Position numbers and translations under genes: made by a program. The notes beneath the pieces are model-generated. The model was not told the origin of the DNA. It saw only the letters and a program-made list of their open reading frames with translations, and ran no database searches. From a virus (taxonomy: Duplodnaviria > Heunggongvirae > Uroviricota > Caudoviricetes), in IMG/VR virus record IMGVR_UViG_3300013102_000003, positions 70,644 through 134,643 of that record: 64,000 bases of DNA; one strand, 5' to 3'. This document shows, piece by piece, positions 36,860-44,272 of the stretch. Position 1 is the first letter of the stretch; the number at the start of each line of letters is the position of its first letter.

Positions 36860-37228
36860 ATGCTTGAAGGTTTCCGGTTCACTGCAAAGCGGATCAACAA
36901 CACCAACCGCGAATTCCCCAACGCGGACGCGTGGTCTTGCAAGGTCACGAACCCGAGCGGTAAGACCCTCTCCCGCCAGTACTTCAAAGGATACGGCCAC
37001 CATGGCGCGAAGCCGACCATCGAAGAGTTCATGGGATCGCTGATCTCGGATGCTGAATGCGTTGAATACCGTAGCGAACGGGAGTTTGCCGATGATCTCG
37101 GATACGACTACAGCAGCCGCGAAGAGATCGCCCGCGTTCACAAGATCTACAACGCATGCGTCAAGATTGCCGACCGGCTCACGGAGTTCCTGACGGCGGA
37201 CGAACGCGAAGCATTCCGGGAGGACTAG
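36860..37228 (+). CDS. hypothetical protein
   Basis: TAGGAGGAC SD. Confidence 0.85.
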   Translation: MLEGFRFTAKRINNTNREFPNADAWSCKVTNPSGKTLSRQYFKGYGHHGAKPTIEEFMGSLISDAECVEYRSEREFADDLGYDYSSREEIARVHKIYNACVKIADRLTEFLTADEREAFRED

Positions 37229-37285
37229 TTACAAAACTTCACTAGGGCCGGTAGCTTGACGCTATCGGCTCTAGTGCTGTAGAGT
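37228..37285 (+). promoter_or_regulatory. box + hairpin-loop promoter unit
   Basis: CACTAGGGCCGGTAGC/GCTATCGGCTCTAGTG; TTGACG-18-TAGAGT. Confidence 0.85.
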
Positions 37286-37332
37286 CTTACTTAGAGGGAA
37301 CAACCGGTTCCCGTGAGTCCCTAGGAGGGGCA

Positions 37333-37581
37333 ATGTTCATTGCAGTTCGCGGCAAGGCCGACCGGATGCAGGAAGTACCGGCGTACCTCTACAGCGGCCA
37401 GAGCGTCGCTACAGAGCCTGTAACGGGCCTGTACGGCACGTTCGTAGTCGTAGACACCGGCAGCGCCGACGCCTACCGCGCTAGCTACGTGGCAGGCCGG
37501 TTGCAGTCCGGTATGTTCGGCGCAACGGTGTTCGACACCATCGAAGAGGCTAAGGCCTACATCGAAGCCGAAAAGGACTAG
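37333..37581 (+). CDS. hypothetical protein
   Basis: TAGGAGGG SD. Confidence 0.8.
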   Translation: MFIAVRGKADRMQEVPAYLYSGQSVATEPVTGLYGTFVVVDTGSADAYRASYVAGRLQSGMFGATVFDTIEEAKAYIEAEKD

Positions 37582-37637
37582 TTACAAAACTTCATAGGAG
37601 CGGCGGACTAGACAATGGTCCGCCGTTCCTGTAGATT
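37581..37637 (+). promoter_or_regulatory. box + hairpin-loop promoter unit
   Basis: AGGAGCGGCGGACTA/TGGTCCGCCGTTCCT; TAGACA-17-TAGATT. Confidence 0.8.
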
Positions 37638-37672
37638 TGTTCTATCAGCCGATGAAGTCCTAGGAGGACAAA

Positions 37673-37900
37673 GTGAACAAGCGAGCCGCCGAAAAGGTAC
37701 TGGAAGAAGTCAAGGAACAGTTCGGAACGGATGAACCGGCCCTGTACGACGCCGACCACGAAGAGCTTTCGGAAGGCTCTTGGTCTATCGCGTGGGAGGG
37801 CAGCGGTATGGACTGCTGGCCTGCACACTTCAAGACGGAAGTTCCGGGAGTGTTCACGGAGCCTATCGCGTCGTGGTGCCTCGGAGTCTACGACGCGTAA
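37673..37900 (+). CDS. acidic hypothetical protein
   Basis: TAGGAGGAC SD, GTG. Confidence 0.8.
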   Translation: MNKRAAEKVLEEVKEQFGTDEPALYDADHEELSEGSWSIAWEGSGMDCWPAHFKTEVPGVFTEPIASWCLGVYDA

Positions 37901-37953
37901 CAAAACTTCATAGGGCCGGTGGATTGGACAACAGTCCACCGGTCCTGTAGTCT
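37897..37953 (+). promoter_or_regulatory. variant box (GTAACAAAACTTCA) + hairpin-loop promoter
   Basis: AGGGCCGGTGGATTG/CAGTCCACCGGTCCT; TGGACA-17-TAGTCT. Confidence 0.8.
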
Positions 37954-38000
37954 TTACTTATCGGATCAACCGAATCCGCTGAATGTCCTAGGAGGACAAA

Positions 38001-38345
38001 ATGTCTGATCGTATCTCCCGCGCCGACGTTGTTGCAGCTACCGCGTGGCTCCAGAAGGAAGCGCACCGGCTCGAAATCCTCCCGCGTGATGCCTACCTCG
38101 TTTTCTCACCCGGCAACACGAGTCAGGGCCACTCGCCGGAAGTGTCCGTGTTCCTGACCGAACCGGCCAGCAACGGACGCCAGACAATGCGCGTCAACTT
38201 CCTGCCCGCGTTCACCTACAAGACCACACGTAAGCAGGCGTGGCAGCTTATCAACGCGGCAGCGCGTGCACTGGCAGCGGTGCCCACGCGGGAAGACCCG
38301 ATCATGTGCAACGAGTGCATCGAATACAACGACCGTCAGGTCTAG
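38001..38345 (+). CDS. hypothetical protein
   Basis: TAGGAGGAC SD. Confidence 0.85.
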   Translation: MSDRISRADVVAATAWLQKEAHRLEILPRDAYLVFSPGNTSQGHSPEVSVFLTEPASNGRQTMRVNFLPAFTYKTTRKQAWQLINAAARALAAVPTREDPIMCNECIEYNDRQV

Positions 38346-38402
38346 TTACAAAACTTCACTACGGTCCTAGGTGTTGCGCCTAGGGCCGTAGTGCTGTAGT
38401 CT
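38345..38402 (+). promoter_or_regulatory. box + hairpin-loop promoter unit
   Basis: CACTACGGTCCTAGG/CCTAGGGCCGTAGTG; TTGCGC-17-TAGTCT. Confidence 0.85.
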
Positions 38403-38445
38403 ATCTATATCGGTTCAACCGGAACCGCCAAGCTTAGGAGTCACC

Positions 38446-38733
38446 TTGAAGACTGAAGTCAAGTTCACTGCATCCGTCAACAACGCGGACACGGAGGAAG
38501 AGTTCCACGGTTGGGTAGATCCCCAGTACAGCATGTGGACGCTGTTCGAGGATGAACCGGAGCGCCGCTACGTGTTCGACACGCGGGAAGAGGCGGAAGA
38601 GTTCGTTGACTCCACAATCGGAAGTGCGGACCACTTCGACGGCGAAGACTGGTACGCGGCGGATGCCAAGATGAACTTGGAGTCCGGCGAAGACTGGTCC
38701 TACCATGCACGGTTCTACGAAGTCTCAGAGTAA
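38446..38733 (+). CDS. very acidic hypothetical protein
   Basis: TAGGAG SD, TTG. Confidence 0.8.
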   Translation: MKTEVKFTASVNNADTEEEFHGWVDPQYSMWTLFEDEPERRYVFDTREEAEEFVDSTIGSADHFDGEDWYAADAKMNLESGEDWSYHARFYEVSE

Positions 38734-38740
38734 CACCAAC

Positions 38741-38770
38741 GAAAGGCCCTGCTACGGCAGGGCCTTTCTT
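38741..38770 (+). terminator. intrinsic terminator
   Basis: GAAAGGCCCTGC-TACG-GCAGGGCCTTTC+TT. Confidence 0.8.
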
Positions 38771-38942
38771 GTGTCTGCGGGAGGCTACGCGGGCTGCTGT
38801 AGGGCCTTGGACGTGCTGGCAGGCACCGGAGGGCAGGGAGCGCGTGGAAGGCTCTTAGAACGGCTGCTAGCCGTGTTTGACACGCGGCAGGGTCATAGAC
38901 TAAGCTGGTGGTAAGCGAAAGAACAATACACTAAAGGGGAAG

Positions 38943-39179
38943 ATGATGGACGGCAAGAAATTCCAGATCACGACGTTCGAGGACTGGACGGACAAGCGCC
39001 AGCCGGGGCAGACAGTGCGGGCCGGACTCTCGTGGGAAGAGGCTCTAAAGCACCTTGAGTCGGCGCGTGACGCTGATATCGACTTCGCGTTGGAGTCGAT
39101 GAAGGTTCACAAGTTCTACGAGTTCCACGACGCCAGCGGACGTATCGTGAAGCTGCAACCTCACACGGTAGTTGCGTAA
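38943..39179 (+). CDS. hypothetical protein
   Basis: TTGACA/TAAGCT promoter; AAGGGGA SD. Confidence 0.75.
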   Translation: MMDGKKFQITTFEDWTDKRQPGQTVRAGLSWEEALKHLESARDADIDFALESMKVHKFYEFHDASGRIVKLQPHTVVA

Positions 39180-39231
39180 GCGGCGAACATAGGCTAAGCT
39201 GGTATTACCAACAAAGCCTAGGAGGCACAAA

Positions 39232-39489
39232 ATGATCGCACTGGACGCTATTCACCGGGACCGTCACACTGAGGACATCACGGGAGTGACTTTCAAGATC
39301 ACCGGGGAGGACGTGAACCGCGACAACGACAAGCTACACGCCGAACTGCGGCAGCGCATCCAAGACATGCGCGTGACGATGGACATCCCCGAGCTTCCCG
39401 AATACTCCGGATGGATTCAGCCCAACTACCGCGAAGGGCAGGGGAGCATCGACTACCTGCTCATGAGCTACACAGTCGAAGGCTTCTAG
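39232..39489 (+). CDS. hypothetical protein
   Basis: TAGGAGG SD. Confidence 0.8.
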   Translation: MIALDAIHRDRHTEDITGVTFKITGEDVNRDNDKLHAELRQRIQDMRVTMDIPELPEYSGWIQPNYREGQGSIDYLLMSYTVEGF

Positions 39490-39544
39490 TTACAAAACTT
39501 GGAAGGGCCGTCAGCTTGCGCTGGCGGTCCTTTTCGCGTACGCT
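39489..39544 (+). promoter_or_regulatory. box + hairpin-loop promoter unit
   Basis: AAGGGCCGTCAGC-TTGC-GCTGGCGGTCCTT; TTGCGC-17-TACGCT. Confidence 0.8.
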
Positions 39545-39550
39545 GGTACT

Positions 39551-39694
39551 ATGAAGCTCCGGAGGCAGGGGAACCAGAGGACCCCTTTTGTAAATGGGCG
39601 GTTACAAAAATTGATAGCGCGGGCTGGCTTGACTCTGGTCATAGACTATGAGAAGATTGATTTATCAAGCAGGGAGCTTGAGGAACTGACTTAG
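39551..39694 (+). CDS. possible leaderless 47-aa peptide
   Basis: ATG 6 nt after TACGCT; overlaps next box and promoter. Confidence 0.35.
   Translation: MKLRRQGNQRTPFVNGRLQKLIARAGLTLVIDYEKIDLSSRELEELT
39586..39634 (+). promoter_or_regulatory. head-to-head box pair + -35
   Basis: TTTTGTAA-8 nt-TTACAAAA; TTGACT 28 nt after box. Confidence 0.55.
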
Positions 39695-39702
39695 GAGTCA
39701 CA

Positions 39703-40008
39703 ATGGGATTCACGATCACCCACTCTTCCCTCGAAGGCGACAACATGGGCGAGAAGCTGGAGAAGCTGGAAGTGCCCCGCGTTTACGGCACCAGCCCTGC
39801 TGAGCGTGAGAGCATCCGCGACGGCAAGGCGGGCAAGGGAACCCACTTCAAGCTCTACGACGACGACGACAACTGCTACTTCACCGGCTACTTCTACGGC
39901 GATGCAGACTCGGAGGATGCATTCCAGCCGCTCGACTGGGCAACCCACGACGCCGGATGCACTTACATCAAATACCGTCAGGCAGACGGCAAGTACGAAA
40001 CCCTCTAA
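39703..40008 (+). CDS. hypothetical protein
   Basis: GACTTAGGAGTC SD. Confidence 0.8.
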   Translation: MGFTITHSSLEGDNMGEKLEKLEVPRVYGTSPAERESIRDGKAGKGTHFKLYDDDDNCYFTGYFYGDADSEDAFQPLDWATHDAGCTYIKYRQADGKYETL

Positions 40009-40040
40009 GGAATGGGCCGGGAAACCGGCCTTTCCTTTTG
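40009..40040 (+). terminator. intrinsic terminator
   Basis: GGCCGG-GAAA-CCGGCC+TTTCCTTTT. Confidence 0.75.
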
Positions 40041-40208
40041 TCCACGGCCCAATTATTTTGTGGCTCCCCTCGTTTCCCTGCTGGTGGGCTTCATGTATTC
40101 AGTCTAAGCGCGGAACGCGTGAAAGTCAATACCGCGTTGGAGTTGCGTTGTGCTCTAGAGTATGAGAGTATTGATTCATCAGCAAGACGAAGTCCTTAGG
40201 AGGATACC

Positions 40209-40466
40209 ATGAAGTCAGTCAAGAGCAACGAACTCGAAGCCGGTACGTGGGCCGCACACGCGCACGATCTCCCCAACTGCGGAGGAATTCAGATCGGTTT
40301 GCAGGGTGAGGTTGTGGAAGTCAAGCACACCGATATGTGGGGAGTTGCTTCCGAGACCCACACAACGGTCTACCTCCGGGAACGTGGCGCGGACAAGTAC
40401 GACGTGAAGGTTCGCACGTTCCACAACTCGCACACGTGGCTGGTGCGTACGCTCCCGACGCACTAG
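40209..40466 (+). CDS. hypothetical protein
   Basis: TAGGAGG SD. Confidence 0.8.
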   Translation: MKSVKSNELEAGTWAAHAHDLPNCGGIQIGLQGEVVEVKHTDMWGVASETHTTVYLRERGADKYDVKVRTFHNSHTWLVRTLPTH

Positions 40467-40467
40467 A

Positions 40468-40523
40468 GTTACAAAACTTTCTTACACTCCGGAGTAGACA
40501 ACTGCTCCGGAGTGTGAGAGTAT
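40468..40523 (+). promoter_or_regulatory. box + hairpin-loop promoter unit
   Basis: CTTACACTCCGGAGTAG-ACAA-CTGCTCCGGAGTGTGAG. Confidence 0.75.
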
Positions 40524-40560
40524 TACTTATCGGAACAATCCGAATGACTTAGGAGTCACA

Positions 40561-40761
40561 ATGGAAACTGATTACTCGTACGGACGCTGGTGCACGGTAG
40601 CAGAGCAGCGTTGGATGATCGTGGACTCTGGCCGGTGGACGGTAGCAGTCTACGACGACAACGAAAAGCGCGTACGGCTCTTCGACAAGTCCGTTGTCTC
40701 GGAAGTCTCGGACTTCCTGCTGACAGACTCGCAGCGGGCAGCCCTCGGGTACGCGTTCTAG
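40561..40761 (+). CDS. hypothetical protein
   Basis: TGACTTAGGAGTCA SD. Confidence 0.8.
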   Translation: METDYSYGRWCTVAEQRWMIVDSGRWTVAVYDDNEKRVRLFDKSVVSEVSDFLLTDSQRAALGYAF

Positions 40762-40817
40762 TTACAAAACTTCACACGGTACGGGGACTTGCAAGAGTCC
40801 CCGTACTCGTGTAATGT
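40761..40817 (+). promoter_or_regulatory. box + hairpin-loop promoter unit
   Basis: GTACGGGGACTT-GCAA-GAGTCCCCGTAC; TTGCAA-17-TAATGT. Confidence 0.85.
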
Positions 40818-40862
40818 CTTTCTTAACGGAGCAACCGGCTCCCAAAGATTCTTGGAGGAATC

Positions 40863-41105
40863 ATGAAGCGCAACATGTACACACTGGTCCTGAACGTTCC
40901 GGCCTCGGTCCGTGAGTCGGAAGAGCGCTTCGACTTCGAACCGCTGTCTTGGTGGATTCGGCAGGAAGATGGAACCTCCAACGTCCACCAGCGTGTGTAC
41001 TTGGACGGTGGCCGGTTGTTCGGAGAGTCTGACAAGTATCAGGAAGGCCTGAGCGACGTTGTGAGGGACTTTGACCGGTTCGTGAGCCTCACACCCATCC
41101 GCTAG
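40863..41105 (+). CDS. hypothetical protein
   Basis: GGAGGA SD. Confidence 0.8.
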   Translation: MKRNMYTLVLNVPASVRESEERFDFEPLSWWIRQEDGTSNVHQRVYLDGGRLFGESDKYQEGLSDVVRDFDRFVSLTPIR

Positions 41106-41168
41106 ATTCTAGACCTCGGGAGAGGCCTTAGGGCCTCTCCCATCACCCTCTCAAACTTAGGAGCAGTA

Positions 41169-41339
41169 ATGGCACGTAAATGGTCCGTCGAAAAGATCGC
41201 ACGCGTTGAGGCACAAGCCGAACGGCTTGGAGAGTTGCAAAAATTCATAGTGGCCTCGCCGTTGTTCCCGCTGGCTCTGGTGCTGGCGTTCGTCGCAGTC
41301 GCGGGGCTGCTGATCGGAGCGCTTGAGCACACGTTCTAG
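41169..41339 (+). CDS. small membrane protein
   Basis: TAGGAG SD; 56 aa with C-terminal TM. Confidence 0.65.
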   Translation: MARKWSVEKIARVEAQAERLGELQKFIVASPLFPLALVLAFVAVAGLLIGALEHTF

Positions 41340-41353
41340 ACTCACCCAAAGGG

Positions 41354-41398
41354 AGGACCAGCAGGCGGCGCGATAAGGTCCCCGCCGCTGGTCTTCTC
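41354..41398 (+). terminator. terminator of rightward block
   Basis: GAGGACCAGC.GGCGG/CCGCCGCTGGTCTTC stem. Confidence 0.55.
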
Positions 41399-41530
41399 GG
41401 GTTGGTCTGTAATGGCTCTGGGAAGGGCTGCACGGGGTCTGTGAGGCTTTAGAATGGCTGGCGCGAGTGGTTGGAGGGTACGGACGCGTTAGGGCCTTAG
41501 AACGGCTCTGGTGGCTTGTGAGGGACAAAC

Positions 41531-41564
41531 GAAAAGACCCTCACCGGTTTGGTGAGGGCCTTTC
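41531..41564 (-). terminator. terminator of leftward block
   Basis: GAAAAGACCCTCACC/GGTGAGGGCCTTTC stem. Confidence 0.65.
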
Positions 41565-41566
41565 GA

Positions 41567-41788
41567 TTAGAACGGGAGGTTGTATTCGGATTGAAGATCC
41601 GGAATGTAAACGTCTTCCGGTTCGGTGTGACCGTGAGGGCATTCATTTTCGTAGTCTTCGTAGTCGTGCTCTTCGCAGTAGTAAGCCCGTTCGTCCGCGT
41701 AGGGATCGAATGCTTCGGCTCGCATGACGTCCAACCATTCGGTCTGGTTGTCGTACTGCTCTTCTTCAAGCTGCTGAATCCAAGACAT
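41567..41788 (-). CDS. very acidic small protein with Cys/His motifs
   Basis: AGAGAAGAG leader; YCEEH, CPHGH. Confidence 0.75.
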   Translation of the reverse strand: MSWIQQLEEEQYDNQTEWLDVMRAEAFDPYADERAYYCEEHDYEDYENECPHGHTEPEDVYIPDLQSEYNLPF

Positions 41789-41829
41789 TTGGTTCTCTTC
41801 TCTGTGGAGTTGTTGGCCTTACAAGAGAT

Positions 41830-41908
41830 ACACTACGGCAGCGGGAGAGTGTTGTCAACACAAAGCAATAGCCCCACCCTTTCGGGTGAGGCTATCAACT
41901 TTTGTAAC
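41830..41908 (-). promoter_or_regulatory. box + GAAA-loop terminator + separate promoter
   Basis: TA-GTTACAAAAGTT; hairpin 41867-95; TTGACA-17-TAGTGT. Confidence 0.8.
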
Positions 41909-42117
41909 TAGAGGCTGTCCTGTTGGTAGGTGAACATCCCGCCGGAACCTTGGATGAAGATGTAACCGCGTCCGTCGAGGCATTCAGACACGTAGTCCGG
42001 ATCATTCGGATACATCCGCGCTGCCAGTTCGTAGACCTCGTTGTCCGGCTTGTCTTCGAGTCGCATCGACTCGCCGTACTCGCCGTCAGACTTGAGCGGC
42101 TTGAAGAATACCTTCAT
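41908..42117 (-). CDS. hypothetical protein
   Basis: AGAAGAGAGAAC leader. Confidence 0.75.
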   Translation of the reverse strand: MKVFFKPLKSDGEYGESMRLEDKPDNEVYELAARMYPNDPDYVSECLDGRGYIFIQGSGGMFTYQQDSL

Positions 42118-42156
42118 GGTGTTCTCTCTTCTCTGTGGAGTTGTGCTTACCCTCAT

Positions 42157-42226
42157 AGACTATGCCCTTTGGTTCGGGCTGTCAAGCCGATAGGCCCTCC
42201 GGAGAGGGCCTATCAACTTTTGTAAC
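42157..42226 (-). promoter_or_regulatory. box + terminator hairpin + separate promoter
   Basis: GATAGGCCCTC-4 nt-GAGGGCCTATC; TTGACA-17-TAGTCT. Confidence 0.8.
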
Positions 42227-42432
42227 TACTCGCCGTCCCACCAGTCCTGCTCGCCGCAGTAGTCATCCTGTTCGTCGGAGTTGCAGGCGGGGCATTCGTC
42301 CGTGCATCCCGCCGTGCTGTAGATGTAGAACCACTCTCCGGAGAACCGGGATTGGGTCGGGGAGACAATGCGCTGGTGGCCTGCCGCGTCCATGTAGACC
42401 TTGTCGCCGGGGTATTCGGTGAACGTGTTCAT
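42226..42432 (-). CDS. small acidic Cys-rich protein
   Basis: GCTDECPACN. Confidence 0.75.
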   Translation of the reverse strand: MNTFTEYPGDKVYMDAAGHQRIVSPTQSRFSGEWFYIYSTAGCTDECPACNSDEQDDYCGEQDWWDGE

Positions 42433-42479
42433 GTTCGTCTCTTCTCTGCTCTGTGGAGTTGTGAACTGCTTATGTAGAT

Positions 42480-42536
42480 ACTCTAAGGCAGGAACAGGGA
42501 GCGTGTCAACTCCCCGTCCCTGTGAACTTTTGTAAG
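42480..42536 (-). promoter_or_regulatory. variant box + hairpin-loop promoter
   Basis: CTTACAAAAGTTCA; TTGACA-18-TAGAGT. Confidence 0.75.
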
Positions 42537-42539
42537 TCC

Positions 42540-42716
42540 TTAGAGCTTCGTGGAGCGGTTGCGTATGAAGTCCTGCACGGACTCGTTGCGCGACTCCTGA
42601 ATGCTGGTTAGGCGGCGCTCTGTGAGGCGTTCACGCTCGCCAGCGTCGAGGTATGAGACAAACTCAACGAACGCGGGAGAGAGCAAGGGAGCAGTCTTTA
42701 CAGTCTTGGCAGGCAT
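42540..42716 (-). CDS. hypothetical protein
   Basis: 58 aa ORF in leftward block, weak SD. Confidence 0.5.
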   Translation of the reverse strand: MPAKTVKTAPLLSPAFVEFVSYLDAGERERLTERRLTSIQESRNESVQDFIRNRSTKL

Positions 42717-42826
42717 GGGAGGCGTCCTAACGCGTTGGGATGGGTTGGATGGGTGAGAGTGGCCGGTGAGTGGTTTGAAGCCGTTAGGCGGGCAGACAGA
42801 CCCCGTAGGGCCTGCCTGCCGGTTGC

Positions 42827-43105
42827 CTAGTCGCAGCAGTCGCGGGAGGTGCAGTTGTGGTTGTGCAGGTTGCAGGATGATTCGGTGAGGATTCCCTCAG
42901 TGGATTCGTCGCGGTCCAACTCTTCGAAGAAGATCTCTTCGTCGCTGCCTTCGGTGCACTCGGCGCACGTTCCGGCTTCGTTGGCGTACGTCTCGCAGTT
43001 CTCGCAGCGGAACAGTGGCGGGCAGTCGCATTCGTCGCCGTACGGGCTGGCGTTCTCCCACGCGGACTGAGCGGAGCGGAAGCCGTAAGAGGAAGTGATC
43101 GACAT
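42827..43105 (-). CDS. Cys-rich acidic protein
   Basis: GAAAGGA SD; CDC, CENC, CAEC, CC. Confidence 0.75.
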   Translation of the reverse strand: MSITSSYGFRSAQSAWENASPYGDECDCPPLFRCENCETYANEAGTCAECTEGSDEEIFFEELDRDESTEGILTESSCNLHNHNCTSRDCCD

Positions 43106-43144
43106 GGTGTCCTTTCGTGGCCGGTGCATCCGGCTCATGAGTAA

Positions 43145-43191
43145 AGACTATGCCCTATCGGGCCGAGTGTCAAACTGTGAAGATTTGTAAC
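43145..43191 (-). promoter_or_regulatory. variant box + promoter
   Basis: GTTACAAATCTTCA; TTGACA-17-TAGTCT. Confidence 0.7.
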
Positions 43192-43244
43192 GGGCAGACC
43201 CTCCGGAGTGGAGAGCCTGCCCGTCGAATCAAGAGAGTGTGGGC

Positions 43245-43343
43245 CTAGCGGCCTGCCTGTAAGGTTGCCTTCCACTTGGAGAGCAGAGCGGCAGCGACTC
43301 CATAGAACGGGAGAGTGTGGGCGATACGTGAGAAAAGCTTCAT
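43245..43343 (-). CDS. 32-aa peptide
   Basis: GGAGGACAC SD, own promoter. Confidence 0.6.
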   Translation of the reverse strand: MKLFSRIAHTLPFYGVAAALLSKWKATLQAGR

Positions 43344-43386
43344 GTGTCCTCCGTTGGGTTGGCTGGCTTGGTAGGCCAGTAACTAC

Positions 43387-43445
43387 AGCCTAAGGCACCG
43401 GCTCGCGGGATGCAAGCCGGTGCCGCTGCTATTACTTTTTGTAAG
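43387..43445 (-). promoter_or_regulatory. variant box inside upstream CDS + hairpin-loop promoter
   Basis: CTTACAAAAAGT; GGCACCGGC/GCCGGTGCC; TTGCAT-17-TAGGCT. Confidence 0.7.
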
Positions 43446-43770
43446 TCAGCACGTGCCACGTGCGCGGGAGGTTCACGGACGGAACGATAACCTCATGTGC
43501 GCGGTGCGCCGGTCGCGTGTGCACGGTGCGTACGTAGGTCAGCACGTGCTTCCGGTCATAGCGCGGTACGTGCTTCATGTACTCCATCGATTCCCACGCG
43601 TCCCCAATTGTCTTGACGCTGCCCTTGCACTGCTTGACTCCCAGAGTGTCACAGTCCCACGTGTGGGCTGCGGTGGGCGTGTTGGTGGCTGCGGTGGCCG
43701 GGAGAGTGGTACCGGCTGCGATAAGCAGGGCTGCGGTGGCTGCGGTGGCGAGCTTTGCAAGGATGTTCAT
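43432..43770 (-). CDS. secreted protein
   Basis: AGGAGA SD; Sec-type signal peptide ending ATA/ATAA. Confidence 0.75.
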   Translation of the reverse strand: MNILAKLATAATAALLIAAGTTLPATAATNTPTAAHTWDCDTLGVKQCKGSVKTIGDAWESMEYMKHVPRYDRKHVLTYVRTVHTRPAHRAHEVIVPSVNLPRTWHVLTYKK

Positions 43771-43811
43771 GATTCTCCTGTTGGTTGGTACTGCTTGGTT
43801 GGTACTCTTAT

Positions 43812-43868
43812 AGACTAAGGCATGCCGACCCGAGATGCAAATCGGCATGCCCTAGCAAGTTTTGTAAC
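43812..43868 (-). promoter_or_regulatory. box + hairpin-loop promoter unit
   Basis: CTAGGGCATGCCGAT/GTCGGCATGCCTTAG; TTGCAT-17-TAGTCT. Confidence 0.85.
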
Positions 43869-44230
43869 TACGCGTCTTGCAAGGTATCCCACTTGAAGAC
43901 GTGGAACGCGTTAGGGAGAGTGTTGGACTCTACAGCGAAGTAGCCTGCACCTGCTGGCAGGTTCTCGGGCTGGCCGGTGACTGTCTCGACGTAGGAGAGC
44001 ATGAGGTTCTTGGAGTCCTCGGGAGCGTGGATGTTGGCTGTCTCAATGGCGTTCCATGCGTCCGTCTTGAGCGTGTCAGCCTGTCCGTTACCCATAGTCG
44101 CCGCATCCCAACATGCGTCCTCTTCGTGGCAGACAGTCTGTGTAGTCGCTGTAGGCGCGGCATCCGGTGCTGGTGAGGGTGAGCCAAGGATCACTGAGAG
44201 GGAGATGATGAGGGCTGTGATGAGGGACAT
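43868..44230 (-). CDS. secreted/membrane-anchored protein, paralog of 43432-43770
   Basis: AGGAG SD; hydrophobic N-terminus. Confidence 0.75.
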   Translation of the reverse strand: MSLITALIISLSVILGSPSPAPDAAPTATTQTVCHEEDACWDAATMGNGQADTLKTDAWNAIETANIHAPEDSKNLMLSYVETVTGQPENLPAGAGYFAVESNTLPNAFHVFKWDTLQDA

Positions 44231-44272
44231 GATGACTCCTGACCTGTGATGCACCCTGTGTGCATATGTATG

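Noticed and set aside
29299-40774. CRISPR array
   Set aside because: Repeats are only 12-14 nt and are separated by 300-700 nt containing whole genes; no cas genes.
41234-41250. GTTGCAAAAATTCATAG variant box
   Set aside because: Mid-CDS, no hairpin or -35 at the usual offset; possibly a relic but unsupported.
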